Below, one piece after another: positions 10,170 through 21,042 of a stretch of 31,691 nucleotides of DNA (its first letter is position 1; every line of letters begins with the position of its first letter). Made by a program: the position numbers and the translations under genes. The DNA is from an uncultured Gammaproteobacteria bacterium (lineage in GTDB: Bacteria > Pseudomonadota > Gammaproteobacteria > Pseudomonadales > Endozoicomonadaceae), in the NCBI GenBank assembly GCA_929200515.1, contig CAKNAD010000001.1, positions 1 through 31,691 of the forward strand, read 5' to 3'. The notes below the pieces were generated by a model. The model had not been told where the DNA came from and ran no database searches. It saw nothing but the letters and a program-made list of their open reading frames with translations.

Positions 10170-10954
10170 CAGGCAAAGAAACCATAGGCAGAACAATTAA
10201 AGTAACTTTAATACTTTGTTTGGTATGCTCTATTTTAGTATCTAGTGTTGTAGTTTTGTTACGACCATTACAAAAACGTAATGTACAGCTAGATATAGAA
10301 AGGGTAATCCTTAAGCTGACAGAAATTAGTAAAAATCCTTATGAGTTATCGGAAAAACAAGTAGCAAGCCTGTATAAACAAATAACGCCAAAGTTAGTTG
10401 ATTTAACCACTGGTAAATTTATTGAAACAACAGCTAATGGTAACGATGTTAGTAGCTACAATCAGCGTGCCGCAGCTAAAGATCCTAAACTTTCAGTAGC
10501 TTTAGCACAAAAGCAAGATATTGCCAATATCAAGCGTGAGCCTCTAGTTGCTAAAGTGTATGTGGTTTACCGTAATAAAAAAATCGATACCATAGTATTA
10601 CCAATAAGTGGCTATGGTCTTTGGTCTACTATGTACGGCTTTATTGCATTAGAGTCAGACTTAAATACCGTTCGTGGCATGTCTTTTTATGAACAAGGAG
10701 AAACTCCAGGGTTAGGCGGAGAAGTAGACAACCCTAAATGGAAAGCTTCTTGGAAAGGCAAAGAAGTTTACAATAATAAAGGAGATGTAGCTTTGCATCT
10801 AGTGAAAATAAAAAATCAAAATAAGCAACAGCACGAAATAGATGCTTTATCTGGAGCCAGTATGACTAGTGCTGGGGTATCTAACCTGATTAAATTCTGG
10901 ATGAGCGATTCAGGATTTAAACCGTTGCTAACACATCTTAAGGAGAAAAGCTAA
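10166..10954 (+). CDS. nqrC: Na+-NQR subunit C
   Basis: N-terminal TM helix, [25 protein letters not shown] and FMN-site motif DALSGAS; start overlaps the nqrB stop. Confidence 0.97.
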
Positions 10955-10956
10955 CC

Positions 10957-11610
10957 ATGAAACCTCAAGATGTTTTTATCGATCCATTTATTAAAAATAA
11001 TCCTATTACCTTACAAATTTTAGGCATTTGTTCTGCTTTAGCGGTAACTACTAGCATGCAGGTAAGTTTGGTTATGGCTTTATCGGTAACCGCAGTAACC
11101 GCTTGCTCTAACTGTTTAATTTCTTCGGTACGGAATTATATTCCTAATAGTATTCGTATTATCTTTCAAATGACTATTATTGCTTCGTTAGTAATTGTGG
11201 TTGATCAAATTTTAAAAGCATATGCTTTTGAAATCTCAAAGCAATTATCAGTGTTCGTTGGTTTAATTATGACCAATTGCATAGTTATGGGACGTGCTGA
11301 AGCTTTTGCTATGAAAAACTCGCCGGTAATATCTTTTCTCGACGGTCTTGGTAATGGTGCCGGATACGGCTGCATACTAATAATAGTATCATTTTTTAGA
11401 GAACTAATAGGTTCGGGAAAATTATTTGGAATTGAAATATTAACTAGTGTGCAAAATGGCGGATTTTATTATCCTAATGGTTTAATGTTGCTTGCTCCTA
11501 GTGCGTTTTTTCTTATAGGGTTGCTTATTTGGTTTATTAGAAGTTATAAAACAGATCAATGCGAAAAAGCAGAATTTGTTATTGCAACTAATAGTGCCGA
11601 GGTGATGTAA
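10957..11610 (+). CDS. nqrD: Na+-NQR subunit D
   Basis: [37 protein letters not shown] and LLAPSAFF. Confidence 0.98.
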   Translation: MKPQDVFIDPFIKNNPITLQILGICSALAVTTSMQVSLVMALSVTAVTACSNCLISSVRNYIPNSIRIIFQMTIIASLVIVVDQILKAYAFEISKQLSVFVGLIMTNCIVMGRAEAFAMKNSPVISFLDGLGNGAGYGCILIIVSFFRELIGSGKLFGIEILTSVQNGGFYYPNGLMLLAPSAFFLIGLLIWFIRSYKTDQCEKAEFVIATNSAEVM

Positions 11611-11612
11611 CG

Positions 11613-12209
11613 ATGGAGCATTTAATTTCATTATTCGTAAAAGCTGTATTTGTAGAAAATATGGCGCTAGCATTTTTCTTAGGAATGTGCACTTTTATAG
11701 CGGTATCTAAAAAATTTAAAACTGCCTTAGGATTAGGAGTTGCTGTAATAGTAGTTCTTACCATTACCACACCTATTAATAATTTAATTTATACCTATGT
11801 GTTAAAAGAAAATGCTCTAATGCCTGGTGTTGATTTAACCTTTTTAGGGTTAATAGTATATATAGGAGTTATAGCTGGTATAGTACAAATTTTAGAGATG
11901 CTATTAGATAAATACGTGCCATTTTTATATAATGCATTAGGAGTATTTTTACCGCTTATAACTGTAAACTGTGCAATCATGGGAGCTATATTATTCATGG
12001 TAGAACGTGATTATAATTTTAGCGAATCCGTAGTATATGGCTTTGGTTCTGGTTTTGGATGGGCATTATCTATTTTAGCTTTAGCTGGAATTCGCGAAAA
12101 ATTACGATATAGCGATATCCCAGAAGGACTAAGAGGGTTAGGGATAACATTTATAACTGCTGGTCTTATGTCCCTTGGGTTTTTATCTTTCTCTGGGGTG
12201 CAGTTATAG
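11613..12209 (+). CDS. nqrE: Na+-NQR subunit E
   Basis: [33 protein letters not shown] and [15 protein letters not shown]. Confidence 0.98.
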   Translation: MEHLISLFVKAVFVENMALAFFLGMCTFIAVSKKFKTALGLGVAVIVVLTITTPINNLIYTYVLKENALMPGVDLTFLGLIVYIGVIAGIVQILEMLLDKYVPFLYNALGVFLPLITVNCAIMGAILFMVERDYNFSESVVYGFGSGFGWALSILALAGIREKLRYSDIPEGLRGLGITFITAGLMSLGFLSFSGVQL

Positions 12210-12222
12210 TAGGTTTAAATTT

Positions 12223-13449
12223 ATGAATACAACTATTTTTTTAGGTGTTGCAATGTTTACTGGTATCATCATGATACTAGTTGCCATAATACTTATAGCG
12301 CGGTCAAAATTAGTTAGTTCTGGAAATATCCATATTGAAATTAACGATGATCCAGAAAAAACTATAACTACCGAAGCAGGCGGCAAATTACTTACTACTT
12401 TATCTGCTAATGGCGTTTTTTTGGCATCTGCTTGTGGTGGTGCTGGCACTTGTGCACAATGTAAATGTAAAATTACTGGCGGTGGCGGTAGCATTCTTCC
12501 TACCGAAACTGTGCATTTCACTAAACATCAGCAACGAGATAACTGGCGTTTGGCCTGTCAAGTGGCAGTCAAACACGATATGAAAATAGAAGTCGATGAA
12601 AGCTTATTTGGAGTAAAAAAATGGGAGTGTGAAGTTATTTCTAACGATAACGTTGCTACTTTTATTAAAGAGTTAACTTTAAAGTTACCAGAAAATGAAA
12701 AGGTAAATTTTAAGGCTGGTGGTTATGTGCAGTTAGAATGCCCTCCTCATGAAGTCGATTATAAAGATTTTGATATTCCTGAAGAGTACAAAGCTGATTG
12801 GGATAAATTTAAACTCTGGGACTATTCTTCTAAGGTAGACGAAACTACAATTCGTGCCTACTCTATGGCTAATTATCCAGAAGAAGAAGGAATTTTAAAA
12901 TTTAATATTCGTATTGCTTCACCCCCTCCTAGAAGCAAGTTCCCTCCTGGAAAAATGTCTTCTTATACCTTTGGCTTAAAACCAGGAGATAAAATCACAG
13001 TTTATGGTCCATTTGGCGAATTCTTTGCTAAAGAAACAGACGCAGAAATGATTTTTATTGGCGGTGGAGCTGGAATGGCACCAATGCGTTCACATATTTT
13101 CGATCAATTAAAAAGAATTAAAACCAACAGAAAAATATCTTTTTGGTATGGGGCACGTTCATTAAGAGAAGCTTTTTATACTGAAGAATTCGATAAATTA
13201 GCTACTGAAAATCCTAATTTCACTTGGCATTTAGCACTATCTGATCCACTCGCTGAAGATAACTGGGGTGGTAAAATTGGATTTATTCATCAGGTATTGT
13301 TTGACGAGTATTTATCTAATCACGAATCTCCAGAAGATTGTGAATATTACATGTGCGGACCACCAATGATGAACCAAGCAGTAATTAGTATGCTAGAAAA
13401 CCAAGGAGTTGAACAAGATAATATCTTGTTAGATGATTTTGGCGGTTAG
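12223..13449 (+). CDS. nqrF: Na+-NQR subunit F
   Basis: 2Fe-2S motif [41 protein letters not shown] and YMCGPP. The start is moved from 12175 (which overlaps nqrE) to the ATG at 12223. Confidence 0.98.
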   Translation: MNTTIFLGVAMFTGIIMILVAIILIARSKLVSSGNIHIEINDDPEKTITTEAGGKLLTTLSANGVFLASACGGAGTCAQCKCKITGGGGSILPTETVHFTKHQQRDNWRLACQVAVKHDMKIEVDESLFGVKKWECEVISNDNVATFIKELTLKLPENEKVNFKAGGYVQLECPPHEVDYKDFDIPEEYKADWDKFKLWDYSSKVDETTIRAYSMANYPEEEGILKFNIRIASPPPRSKFPPGKMSSYTFGLKPGDKITVYGPFGEFFAKETDAEMIFIGGGAGMAPMRSHIFDQLKRIKTNRKISFWYGARSLREAFYTEEFDKLATENPNFTWHLALSDPLAEDNWGGKIGFIHQVLFDEYLSNHESPEDCEYYMCGPPMMNQAVISMLENQGVEQDNILLDDFGG

Positions 13450-13474
13450 CTATAATAGATATCATTTTAAATTA

Positions 13475-13483
13475 TGCTATAAT
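13475..13483 (+). promoter_or_regulatory. Candidate extended -10 element (TGCTATAAT) upstream of ORF 13604
   Basis: Perfect TGnTATAAT about 120 nt before the ATG; such motifs arise easily in AT-rich DNA. Confidence 0.35.
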
Positions 13484-13500
13484 GTATATTGAATGTGCAT

Positions 13501-13528
13501 CCGCTTTCTATTTAAAGGTTGAAGGCGG
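13501..13528 (+). terminator. Candidate hairpin/terminator downstream of nqrF
   Basis: CCGCTTTC-N12-GAAGGCGG forms an 8-bp stem with one G-U pair, followed by only a short TTT tract. Confidence 0.35.
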
Positions 13529-13603
13529 TTTGTGCTACAAATATTTATAACAGGTATGTTTATAATCATTATAAATAGTTAAATTATATAGGATCTTAGA
13601 AGT

Positions 13604-14941
13604 ATGAATGGACGTATCTCAGATAACCTTCGTAAAATAATAGATAATAACAATAATAGGTTTAATAAAAATTCAGTTGTTGTGTACGATAACAACAACC
13701 AAGATCATCCTCTTGATGTTAATAAATCCCCTTCTAGAATTTCTAAATTTTGGCAATTTATAGATTCTGCTATTACTAAAATATTTTCTGTAAAAATTGC
13801 TAACTACCTTAATAATAAATTATTAAAATTAAATGATTTGCATAATGCTTATTTTGCTACAGATGAAATACAAAGAATATTAAACAACCAACAAGACGAC
13901 CCAATAAAATTAAAGAGTAGAATTACAACAGTTGCAAAATTACAAGAAATAAAAAATTATTTATTTACTGAGGCTGTAAACGATAATACCATTGCTAGCG
14001 ATAGTCAACTAATAACTAACCAAACTATGACTAATCTTGACGATCAGTCTATAAAAAATACTGCTCTTGTTGCTGAAGATAAACTTGCTACCACTCTTGA
14101 AGAATCTCAGTTTGAAGAAAAACTAGCAGTAAAACAAGAAGCAGACAGACTAATAGCAGAAACAAAGGAAGTAGATAAACTAATAGCAGGAAACTTAGAT
14201 GCAAGAAAATTAGCTTTAAGCAAACTAATAAAAAATAAATTAGATAAAAGAAAATCAAAGTCATTAAGCTTGCTAGACAACTTGGATGAAAGAAAATCAA
14301 TCTCATTAAACTCGCCAGGCACCTTAGATAAAAGAAAATCAGTTTCGTTAAATGTGCTAGAAAACTTAGATGAAAGTAAATCAGATTCATTAAGATCTCT
14401 TGAAAAAAAACCAGTAACTATACAGAGTGCAACAGATAAGAGCAATGAGCTTAGTGTTACTCAAGCTCTAAATATGAAACCAAATATAACTACAATATTT
14501 AAAGTACCTATACAAGATAAAGAAAACTACTATCAAGAAACTAACTTGCATGAACAATATAATCAGTTAGTTGCTGAGAAATCAAAGCTATCAAAGAGAC
14601 TTATAAATGCTAAGAGTGAACTTAAACAGCTAGAAGTTGATATCTCTAGACAATATAATTTAGAGATTAATCGAAACAAACTACTACAATTAAAGAAACT
14701 TAAAAAAACATTAGACACTAACTATAAAAAGTTATTAAGAACTCAAAAAGAGGAAGATATCATATCTGATAAAAATAAACTTGATGTTGCCATTAACGAG
14801 TATAATAATCAAAAACAACATTATAATTCTTTATTAGATAAATATAATAAGAGCTCAGACTTAAATGATGCTCGACAGAAAATAGATGATTTAGAAGCAA
14901 AGTTAAAAGCAACAAATCAACAACTAGAAGATTTACGTTAG
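13604..14941 (+). CDS. Hypothetical protein with internal 14-aa repeats and a long C-terminal coiled coil
   Basis: 445-aa ORF with an N-rich N-terminus, four LD(K/E)xKSxSL repeats and a heptad-rich K/E/L C-terminus. Confidence 0.75.
   Translation: MNGRISDNLRKIIDNNNNRFNKNSVVVYDNNNQDHPLDVNKSPSRISKFWQFIDSAITKIFSVKIANYLNNKLLKLNDLHNAYFATDEIQRILNNQQDDPIKLKSRITTVAKLQEIKNYLFTEAVNDNTIASDSQLITNQTMTNLDDQSIKNTALVAEDKLATTLEESQFEEKLAVKQEADRLIAETKEVDKLIAGNLDARKLALSKLIKNKLDKRKSKSLSLLDNLDERKSISLNSPGTLDKRKSVSLNVLENLDESKSDSLRSLEKKPVTIQSATDKSNELSVTQALNMKPNITTIFKVPIQDKENYYQETNLHEQYNQLVAEKSKLSKRLINAKSELKQLEVDISRQYNLEINRNKLLQLKKLKKTLDTNYKKLLRTQKEEDIISDKNKLDVAINEYNNQKQHYNSLLDKYNKSSDLNDARQKIDDLEAKLKATNQQLEDLR
14240..14407 (+). 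repeat. Four tandem 42-nt (14-aa) repeats
   Basis: LDKRKSKSLSLLDN / LDERKSISLNSPGT / LDKRKSVSLNVLEN / LDESKSDSLRSLEK; units start at 14240, 14282, 14324 and 14366. Confidence 0.9.
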
Positions 14942-14990
14942 TATACCGCTTCAAGTAAAAATTAAAATTTGTTAAAAAATCATCTAAAAA

Positions 14991-15018
14991 TTGACAATAT
15001 TTTCTTAAAAGTTAGTAT
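14991..15018 (+). promoter_or_regulatory. Candidate sigma70 promoter for hflD
   Basis: Perfect TTGACA (14991-14996), a 16-nt spacer and TAGTAT (15013-15018), about 50 nt before the GTG. Confidence 0.5.
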
Positions 15019-15069
15019 ATACATCTTGAAGTATAAGAAAGCCAAAACAAATTTAAAGGTAATGATATC

Positions 15070-15696
15070 GTGTCAGTACATTCTACAAAGGAGCAAGTTA
15101 CTGCTTTTACAGGATTATTACAATCAGCATCTGTAGCACATAGAATTTCAATGTTTGGCATTGTAGATAACTTTGATTTAATAACAGGAATTAAAAGTGT
15201 ACTCTGTACATCTCCTGAACGAACAATTGATGTTTATGGAAACTATCGTAATTTATTACATGGTCAAAAAATTTTAGATGCTATACTACAAAAAAACTCT
15301 AAAGCTTTAAAGAGTAATGTGTTAAAGTATAGTTTAACAATGTATATAACCGCAAAAAAATTAATAAACAATCCTGTTATTTCTAAACAAGTTACTTCTG
15401 GGTTAGATAGAATAAAATTATCTTATAATTGTGACGATGTTTTAGAGCCTTTATTAATAGAAAGCTTAAATAAATTATATTTAAATACTATTAGCAAAAT
15501 AAAACCACGAATTATTATTTCTGGAGAGGCTAAATATTTAAAAGATGAACAGCTATCTCACAAAGTTAGGTGCGCACTATTTTCTGGGATAAGATCAGCT
15601 ATATTATGGTATCAATGTGGTGGTCGTTTATGGCATTTAATATTATGTAAATCTAGAATTAACAATGCACTTCAGCAATGTATAAAAGCTTCATAA
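15070..15696 (+). CDS. hflD: High frequency lysogenization protein HflD homolog (DUF489)
   Basis: C-terminal RCALFSGIRSAILWYQCGGRLWHL matches the HflD signature; KPRIIISGE..YL; 208 aa; GTG start. Confidence 0.85.
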   Translation: MSVHSTKEQVTAFTGLLQSASVAHRISMFGIVDNFDLITGIKSVLCTSPERTIDVYGNYRNLLHGQKILDAILQKNSKALKSNVLKYSLTMYITAKKLINNPVISKQVTSGLDRIKLSYNCDDVLEPLLIESLNKLYLNTISKIKPRIIISGEAKYLKDEQLSHKVRCALFSGIRSAILWYQCGGRLWHLILCKSRINNALQQCIKAS

Positions 15697-15829
15697 GTAG
15701 TATCTCCTAAGATTATTCCATCAACAAATATTTTACTTCAATAATCTTGATCAATTTTATTAAAGAAAAAATAATGCTTTTATTTTTTAATATGTTAAAA
15801 TGGCATAAATTTTATATGGTGGTTAAATT

Positions 15830-17302
15830 ATGCTGAAAATAATTGAAGAAGCTTTAACATTTGATGACGTACTCCTTGTTCCAAATTATTCCGAGGTTTT
15901 ACCTAGTGATGTATTATTAAAAACAAAAATAACTAGAAATATAGAACTTAATATACCATTAGTGTCGGCGGCCATGGATACCGTAACAGATGCGCAACTT
16001 GCGGTAGCAATGGCTCAAGAAGGTGGTGTAGGAATAATTCATAAAAATATGACAATAGAGCAACAAGCCGAACAGGTTAAACTTGTTAAAAAATATGAAA
16101 GTGGAATTATTAAAGATCCCATCTGTATAGTGGCACATGCTAGTGTTGCCGAGTTAAAAAAATTAACTAAAAGGCACAATATTTCTGGAGTGCCAGTAAT
16201 TGAAGATAACAATTTAGTTGGCATAGTAACTAGCAGAGACGTACGCTTTGTATCAGATCTTAAAAAACCAGTAAGCTCTGTTATGACACCTAAAGAAAGG
16301 CTAATAACAGTTCTTGAGAATGAAACCCAAGAAGAAGTAAAAAGATTACTTCACAAGCATCGAATAGAAAAAGTATTAGTTGTTGATAAAAGATTCAGGC
16401 TAAAAGGCATGATTACAGTTAAAGACATGCAAAAAGCACAACAGAATCCAATTTCATCAAAAGATGCAAACGGACACCTATTAGTTGGCGCTGCACTTGG
16501 TATTGCAAAAGATACTTTAGAGCGTGTGGCAGCTTTAGTAAAGGCAGGAGTAGATATACTAAATATAGACACTGCTCACGGACACTCTAAAGGCGTTTTA
16601 AACTATATTAAGCAAATAAAAACTAAATATCCTGAGGTACAAGTTATTGGTGGCAATATAGCAACTGAAGCCGCAGCCAAAGAATTAATTAAAGCTGGAG
16701 TTGATGGTATCAAAGTTGGTATAGGTCCAGGGTCAATTTGTACAACAAGAATAGTAACAGGAATAGGTGTGCCGCAAATAACAGCTATTGCAAATGTTTG
16801 TAAAGAAGCTACAAAGGCTAAAATACCAGTAATTGCAGACGGCGGCATAAGATTTTCTGGAGATATAGCTAAAGCTCTTGCTGCTGGAGCTAATGTGGTC
16901 ATGCTAGGTAGTATGTTTGCAGGAACAGACGAAGCGCCAGGAGAAATTGAATTATATCAGGGTCGCAGTTATAAAGGCTATCGAGGCATGGGGTCTCTAG
17001 GAGCAATGTCACAACAGAGTGGTTCCAGTGACCGCTATTTTCAGGCAAATGAAAACAATACAGATAAACTAGTACCAGAAGGCATTGAAGGCAGAGTTCC
17101 ATGTAAGGGACCTCTAACAAAAATAGTCCATCAATTACTCGGTGGTTTACGTGCAGCTATGGGATATACTGGATCTAAAGATATAGAAACACTACGTACT
17201 AAAGCTAAATTCGTAAAAGTTACAAATGCAGGGATGGCAGAATCTCATGTGCATGATGTTACTATAACTAAAGAAGCCCCTAATTATCAAACTATCAGTT
17301 AA
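15830..17302 (+). CDS. guaB: IMP dehydrogenase
   Basis: [25 protein letters not shown] pair, catalytic [11 protein letters not shown] and YRGMGS. Confidence 0.99.
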   Translation: MLKIIEEALTFDDVLLVPNYSEVLPSDVLLKTKITRNIELNIPLVSAAMDTVTDAQLAVAMAQEGGVGIIHKNMTIEQQAEQVKLVKKYESGIIKDPICIVAHASVAELKKLTKRHNISGVPVIEDNNLVGIVTSRDVRFVSDLKKPVSSVMTPKERLITVLENETQEEVKRLLHKHRIEKVLVVDKRFRLKGMITVKDMQKAQQNPISSKDANGHLLVGAALGIAKDTLERVAALVKAGVDILNIDTAHGHSKGVLNYIKQIKTKYPEVQVIGGNIATEAAAKELIKAGVDGIKVGIGPGSICTTRIVTGIGVPQITAIANVCKEATKAKIPVIADGGIRFSGDIAKALAAGANVVMLGSMFAGTDEAPGEIELYQGRSYKGYRGMGSLGAMSQQSGSSDRYFQANENNTDKLVPEGIEGRVPCKGPLTKIVHQLLGGLRAAMGYTGSKDIETLRTKAKFVKVTNAGMAESHVHDVTITKEAPNYQTIS

Positions 17303-17418
17303 TAAATTAAGTATTTTAAAGTTAATTTTAATTTTTAAATTCTTAATTCTATAAATCTACCACATTGTTTCATGCTAATTATTCAAATTAGCACTTGTTA
17401 TACCTTTGAGTATAAAAA

Positions 17419-19014
17419 ATGACTATTTATAATACTGAAAAACAAGAAGATATCCACAAAAATCTAATCATTATTATTGATTTTGGTTCACAGTATACAC
17501 AACTTATTGCTAGAAGGATTCGAGAAATAGGCGTATATTGTGAAATTAAACCATATACTGCTTCGTTGTCTAAATTAGTAGCTAAAAATCCAAAAGCATT
17601 TATTTTATCTGGTGGCCCTAGTTCAATAAATTGTGATCAGGCACCAGATATAACTAGTGAAATATTTAATCTAGGAATTCCTATTCTTGGTATTTGCTAT
17701 GGTATGCAACTGATGGCAAACAAATTATCAGGAGCTGTAAACCAATCTGAAAATTGTGAGTTTGGATACGCTCAGTTACAACTAATACAGCAATGTAAGT
17801 TATTTGATGGCATCGAAGACCATATAGATGACAACGGGTTTTTCAGCTTAGATGTATGGATGAGTCATGGAGATTTAGTAACTGAAATTCCTGAAGGTTT
17901 TAACACTGTAGCAATTACTAGTTCTTGCCCGCATGCTGTAATTGCTAATGAAGAATTAAAACTATATGGTATACAGTTTCACCCAGAAGTAACTCATACA
18001 AAACAAGGAATGCGAATACTAGAGCGATTTATTTGTGATATAGCAAAGTGTGAAAAATTATGGAATCCTGATTTAATTACCAATGATATTATCAACAGTA
18101 TAAAACATCAAGTTGGTGACAGTAAAGTTATACTAGGGCTTTCTGGTGGTGTTGATTCTAGCGTAGTAGCAGCATTGTTACATAAAGCTATAGGCGATAA
18201 ATTAACCTGTATTTTTGTTGATAACGGCTTGCTTCGTCTTCATGAAGGCGATCAAGTTATGGCAATGTTTGCAAAAAATATGGGTATCAATATTATCAAA
18301 GTAGACGCTAGCCGTATATTCCTTGATAAACTAGCAAATATTACCGATCCCGAACAAAAACGTAAAATTATTGGCAATACCTTTATTGAGGTATTTGAAG
18401 AACAAGCTACTAAATTAGATGGGGTAGAATTTTTAGCTCAAGGAACTATATATCCTGATATTATAGAATCTGCTAGTACATCATCTTCTAGTCATGTAAT
18501 AAAATCCCATCATAATGTTGGTGGATTACCAGAATACATGAAATTAAAACTTGTAGAACCTATCAAAGAATTATTCAAAGATGAAGTCCGCAAGATTGGC
18601 TTGAATTTAGGCATACCCTACGAAATGGTTTATCGTCATCCGTTTCCTGGCCCTGGTTTAGGTGTGCGTATTATCGGCGAAGTTACCGAAGAAAAAGCAG
18701 ATATTCTACGTCAAGTTGACCACATATATATTGAAGAACTTACTAAAGCAGGATGGTATGCAAAAACTAGTCAGGCTTTTGCGGTGTTTTTACCGGTGAA
18801 ATCGGTTGGCGTTGTAGGTGATGCTAGAAGACACGAATATGTGGTGGCATTAAGAGCAGTAGAGACCGTAGATTTCATGACAGCTAGATGGGCTCATTTA
18901 CCATATGAATTACTAGAAGTTATATCCTCTCGTATTATTAATGAAGTAGCGAGAATATCTAGAGTTACTTATGATATTTCTAGTAAACCACCAGCAACTA
19001 TAGAGTGGGAATAG
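17419..19014 (+). CDS. guaA: GMP synthase (glutamine-hydrolysing)
   Basis: [38 protein letters not shown] and KPPATIEWE. Confidence 0.99.
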   Translation: MTIYNTEKQEDIHKNLIIIIDFGSQYTQLIARRIREIGVYCEIKPYTASLSKLVAKNPKAFILSGGPSSINCDQAPDITSEIFNLGIPILGICYGMQLMANKLSGAVNQSENCEFGYAQLQLIQQCKLFDGIEDHIDDNGFFSLDVWMSHGDLVTEIPEGFNTVAITSSCPHAVIANEELKLYGIQFHPEVTHTKQGMRILERFICDIAKCEKLWNPDLITNDIINSIKHQVGDSKVILGLSGGVDSSVVAALLHKAIGDKLTCIFVDNGLLRLHEGDQVMAMFAKNMGINIIKVDASRIFLDKLANITDPEQKRKIIGNTFIEVFEEQATKLDGVEFLAQGTIYPDIIESASTSSSSHVIKSHHNVGGLPEYMKLKLVEPIKELFKDEVRKIGLNLGIPYEMVYRHPFPGPGLGVRIIGEVTEEKADILRQVDHIYIEELTKAGWYAKTSQAFAVFLPVKSVGVVGDARRHEYVVALRAVETVDFMTARWAHLPYELLEVISSRIINEVARISRVTYDISSKPPATIEWE

Positions 19015-19054
19015 CTACCTTTAATATGAAAGTGTATATTCATTAAGAAAGCAA

Positions 19055-19744
19055 ATGCGTAAAATTATATTAGATACAGAAACTACAGGTATAAACCCTA
19101 AGTTAGGTCATAAGATTATTGAAGTAGGATGTGTTGAAATAATCAACAGAGAACCAACTGGTAATAATTATCATCAATATCTAAATCCTATGAGAGATAT
19201 TGAACTTGAAGCTATAAAGGTTCATGGTTTAACAAATGAATTTTTAAATGATAAACCCGTATTTGCATATATAGCAAAAGATTTATATAATTATTTATCT
19301 GGTGCTGAACTGATAATTCATAACGCTGCCTTTGATATGGGGTTTTTAAATCATGAATTTAGCTTATTAAAAAATTCATCAGAATACCAATTATCAGAAG
19401 TTTGCTCAGTTACAGATACCTTAAAGTTAGCACGTGCTAAACATCCTGCTCAACATAATAGCTTAGATGCATTATGTAAGCGCTATGGTATTGACAATAG
19501 CTCTCGTGAACTTCACGGAGCATTACTAGATGCCCAGTTGTTATCTGAAGTCTATTTATTAATGACTGGTGGGCAATCATCGCTTTTTAAAAAAGAAACG
19601 GCTACTTTAGATAATCAAGTATCTGAGATAAACAACACACCTAAGATAAACAACAGAAAAAGGCTTAAAGTAATTTATGCAAACTCTGAGGAACTTATCA
19701 AGCATAACGAAAAAATGAAAGAAATAGAACAACAATCAGAATAA
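19055..19744 (+). CDS. dnaQ: DNA polymerase III epsilon subunit
   Basis: Exo I LDTETTG, Exo II IHNAAFD and Exo III HGALLDA; C-terminal LMTGGQ linker. Confidence 0.97.
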   Translation: MRKIILDTETTGINPKLGHKIIEVGCVEIINREPTGNNYHQYLNPMRDIELEAIKVHGLTNEFLNDKPVFAYIAKDLYNYLSGAELIIHNAAFDMGFLNHEFSLLKNSSEYQLSEVCSVTDTLKLARAKHPAQHNSLDALCKRYGIDNSSRELHGALLDAQLLSEVYLLMTGGQSSLFKKETATLDNQVSEINNTPKINNRKRLKVIYANSEELIKHNEKMKEIEQQSE

Positions 19745-19801
19745 TGCTTCTGGTGAGAGTCGTAATATTAATCTTAACTAACTAAACTATTGAAATAAAC
19801 T

Positions 19802-20983
19802 ATGCCTGATAAAAGTAAATTTAAATTTAGTCTTTGGCCATGGAAGTCAACTAAACAAGAAAATCATCCTGATAGCAATGCAATAGATGAACCTCAGCAA
19901 CAGCAAACAGAAAATATAACACCTAAAAATACTGAACTTAGCATTGACACCCAAGAGCCAGAACAGGTTATAACAACTAACAATCAATCTGAACAACAGG
20001 TAGAAGCTCTAGCTACAGAAACTAAAAAAGATAAAATTGGCTTATTTGGCAGAGTGTTATCTGGTTTAAAGAAAACCAGAAATTCTTTTATAAAGGGAAT
20101 AACCACTTTATTTTCATCTCGTAGTACCATAGATGAAGAGCTATTCGATGAGCTAGAAGAGTTATTGCTAATCGCAGATATAGGCGCACAAACTACTACA
20201 GAAATAATGGATCAACTGCAAGCTGAGGTTAAGTCTAAAAATATTAGTGATCCTCAATATTTATTAACTGCGTTAAAACAACAATTAGCTGATGTATTAA
20301 ACTCGGTAGAAAAACCGTTAACTATTACTCCAAAGCATAAGATGCCATTTGTAATTTTAACCGTAGGTGTTAATGGAGCTGGCAAAACTACAACTATAGG
20401 TAAGCTAGCACATAAATTTAAGCATCAAGGCTATAAAGTAATGCTAGCTGCTGGAGATACATTTCGTGCCGCTGCTACGGAACAATTAAATATTTGGGCT
20501 GAGCGTAATTCTGTTGCTATAGTAGCACAACAGCAAGGAAGCGACAGTGCTTCAGTAATCTATGATGCTGTACAATCAGCAATTGCCAAAGATGTAGATA
20601 TTCTTATAGCCGATACTGCAGGTAGATTACATAATAAAAGTCACTTGATGGAAGAATTAAAAAAAATAAAACGAGTTTTACAAAAAATAGACCCAGCCAT
20701 TCCACAAGAAATTTTACTGGTGGTAGATGCAGGAACTGGCCAAAATGCATTAAATCAGGCTAAAATATTTGATGAAGCTGTTGGCTTAACTTCTCTTGCT
20801 TTAACTAAACTCGATGGAACTGCTAAAGGCGGGATTATATTTTCGTTATCTAAAACTATGAAGTTGCCTATCAGATTTATCGGTGTTGGAGAAAAAATAG
20901 ATGACTTAAGAGATTTCTCTGCTAAAGAATTTACTGATGCACTATTTACTAAAAATGAACAAACCACTACCATTGAAAGCTAG
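19802..20983 (+). CDS. ftsY: Signal recognition particle receptor FtsY
   Basis: Acidic/polar N-terminus, GVNGAGKTTT, DTFRAAA, DTAGR, TKLDGTAKGG and GVGEKIDDL. Confidence 0.98.
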   Translation: MPDKSKFKFSLWPWKSTKQENHPDSNAIDEPQQQQTENITPKNTELSIDTQEPEQVITTNNQSEQQVEALATETKKDKIGLFGRVLSGLKKTRNSFIKGITTLFSSRSTIDEELFDELEELLLIADIGAQTTTEIMDQLQAEVKSKNISDPQYLLTALKQQLADVLNSVEKPLTITPKHKMPFVILTVGVNGAGKTTTIGKLAHKFKHQGYKVMLAAGDTFRAAATEQLNIWAERNSVAIVAQQQGSDSASVIYDAVQSAIAKDVDILIADTAGRLHNKSHLMEELKKIKRVLQKIDPAIPQEILLVVDAGTGQNALNQAKIFDEAVGLTSLALTKLDGTAKGGIIFSLSKTMKLPIRFIGVGEKIDDLRDFSAKEFTDALFTKNEQTTTIES

Positions 20984-21042
20984 CGGTTTTTCATCTATTA
21001 GGTGTATACCTACCTTGTAGATTAAGGCAGATATGAGCTAAC

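Noticed and set aside
14240..14407. 42-nt or 12-nt repeats as a CRISPR array
   Set aside because: They are in-frame coding repeats with no unique spacers, and no cas genes are present.
17373..17416. CIRCE-like TTAGCACT or an 8-bp hairpin between guaB and guaA
   Set aside because: The right arm and 9-nt spacing do not fit CIRCE, and the stem is AT-rich and weak.
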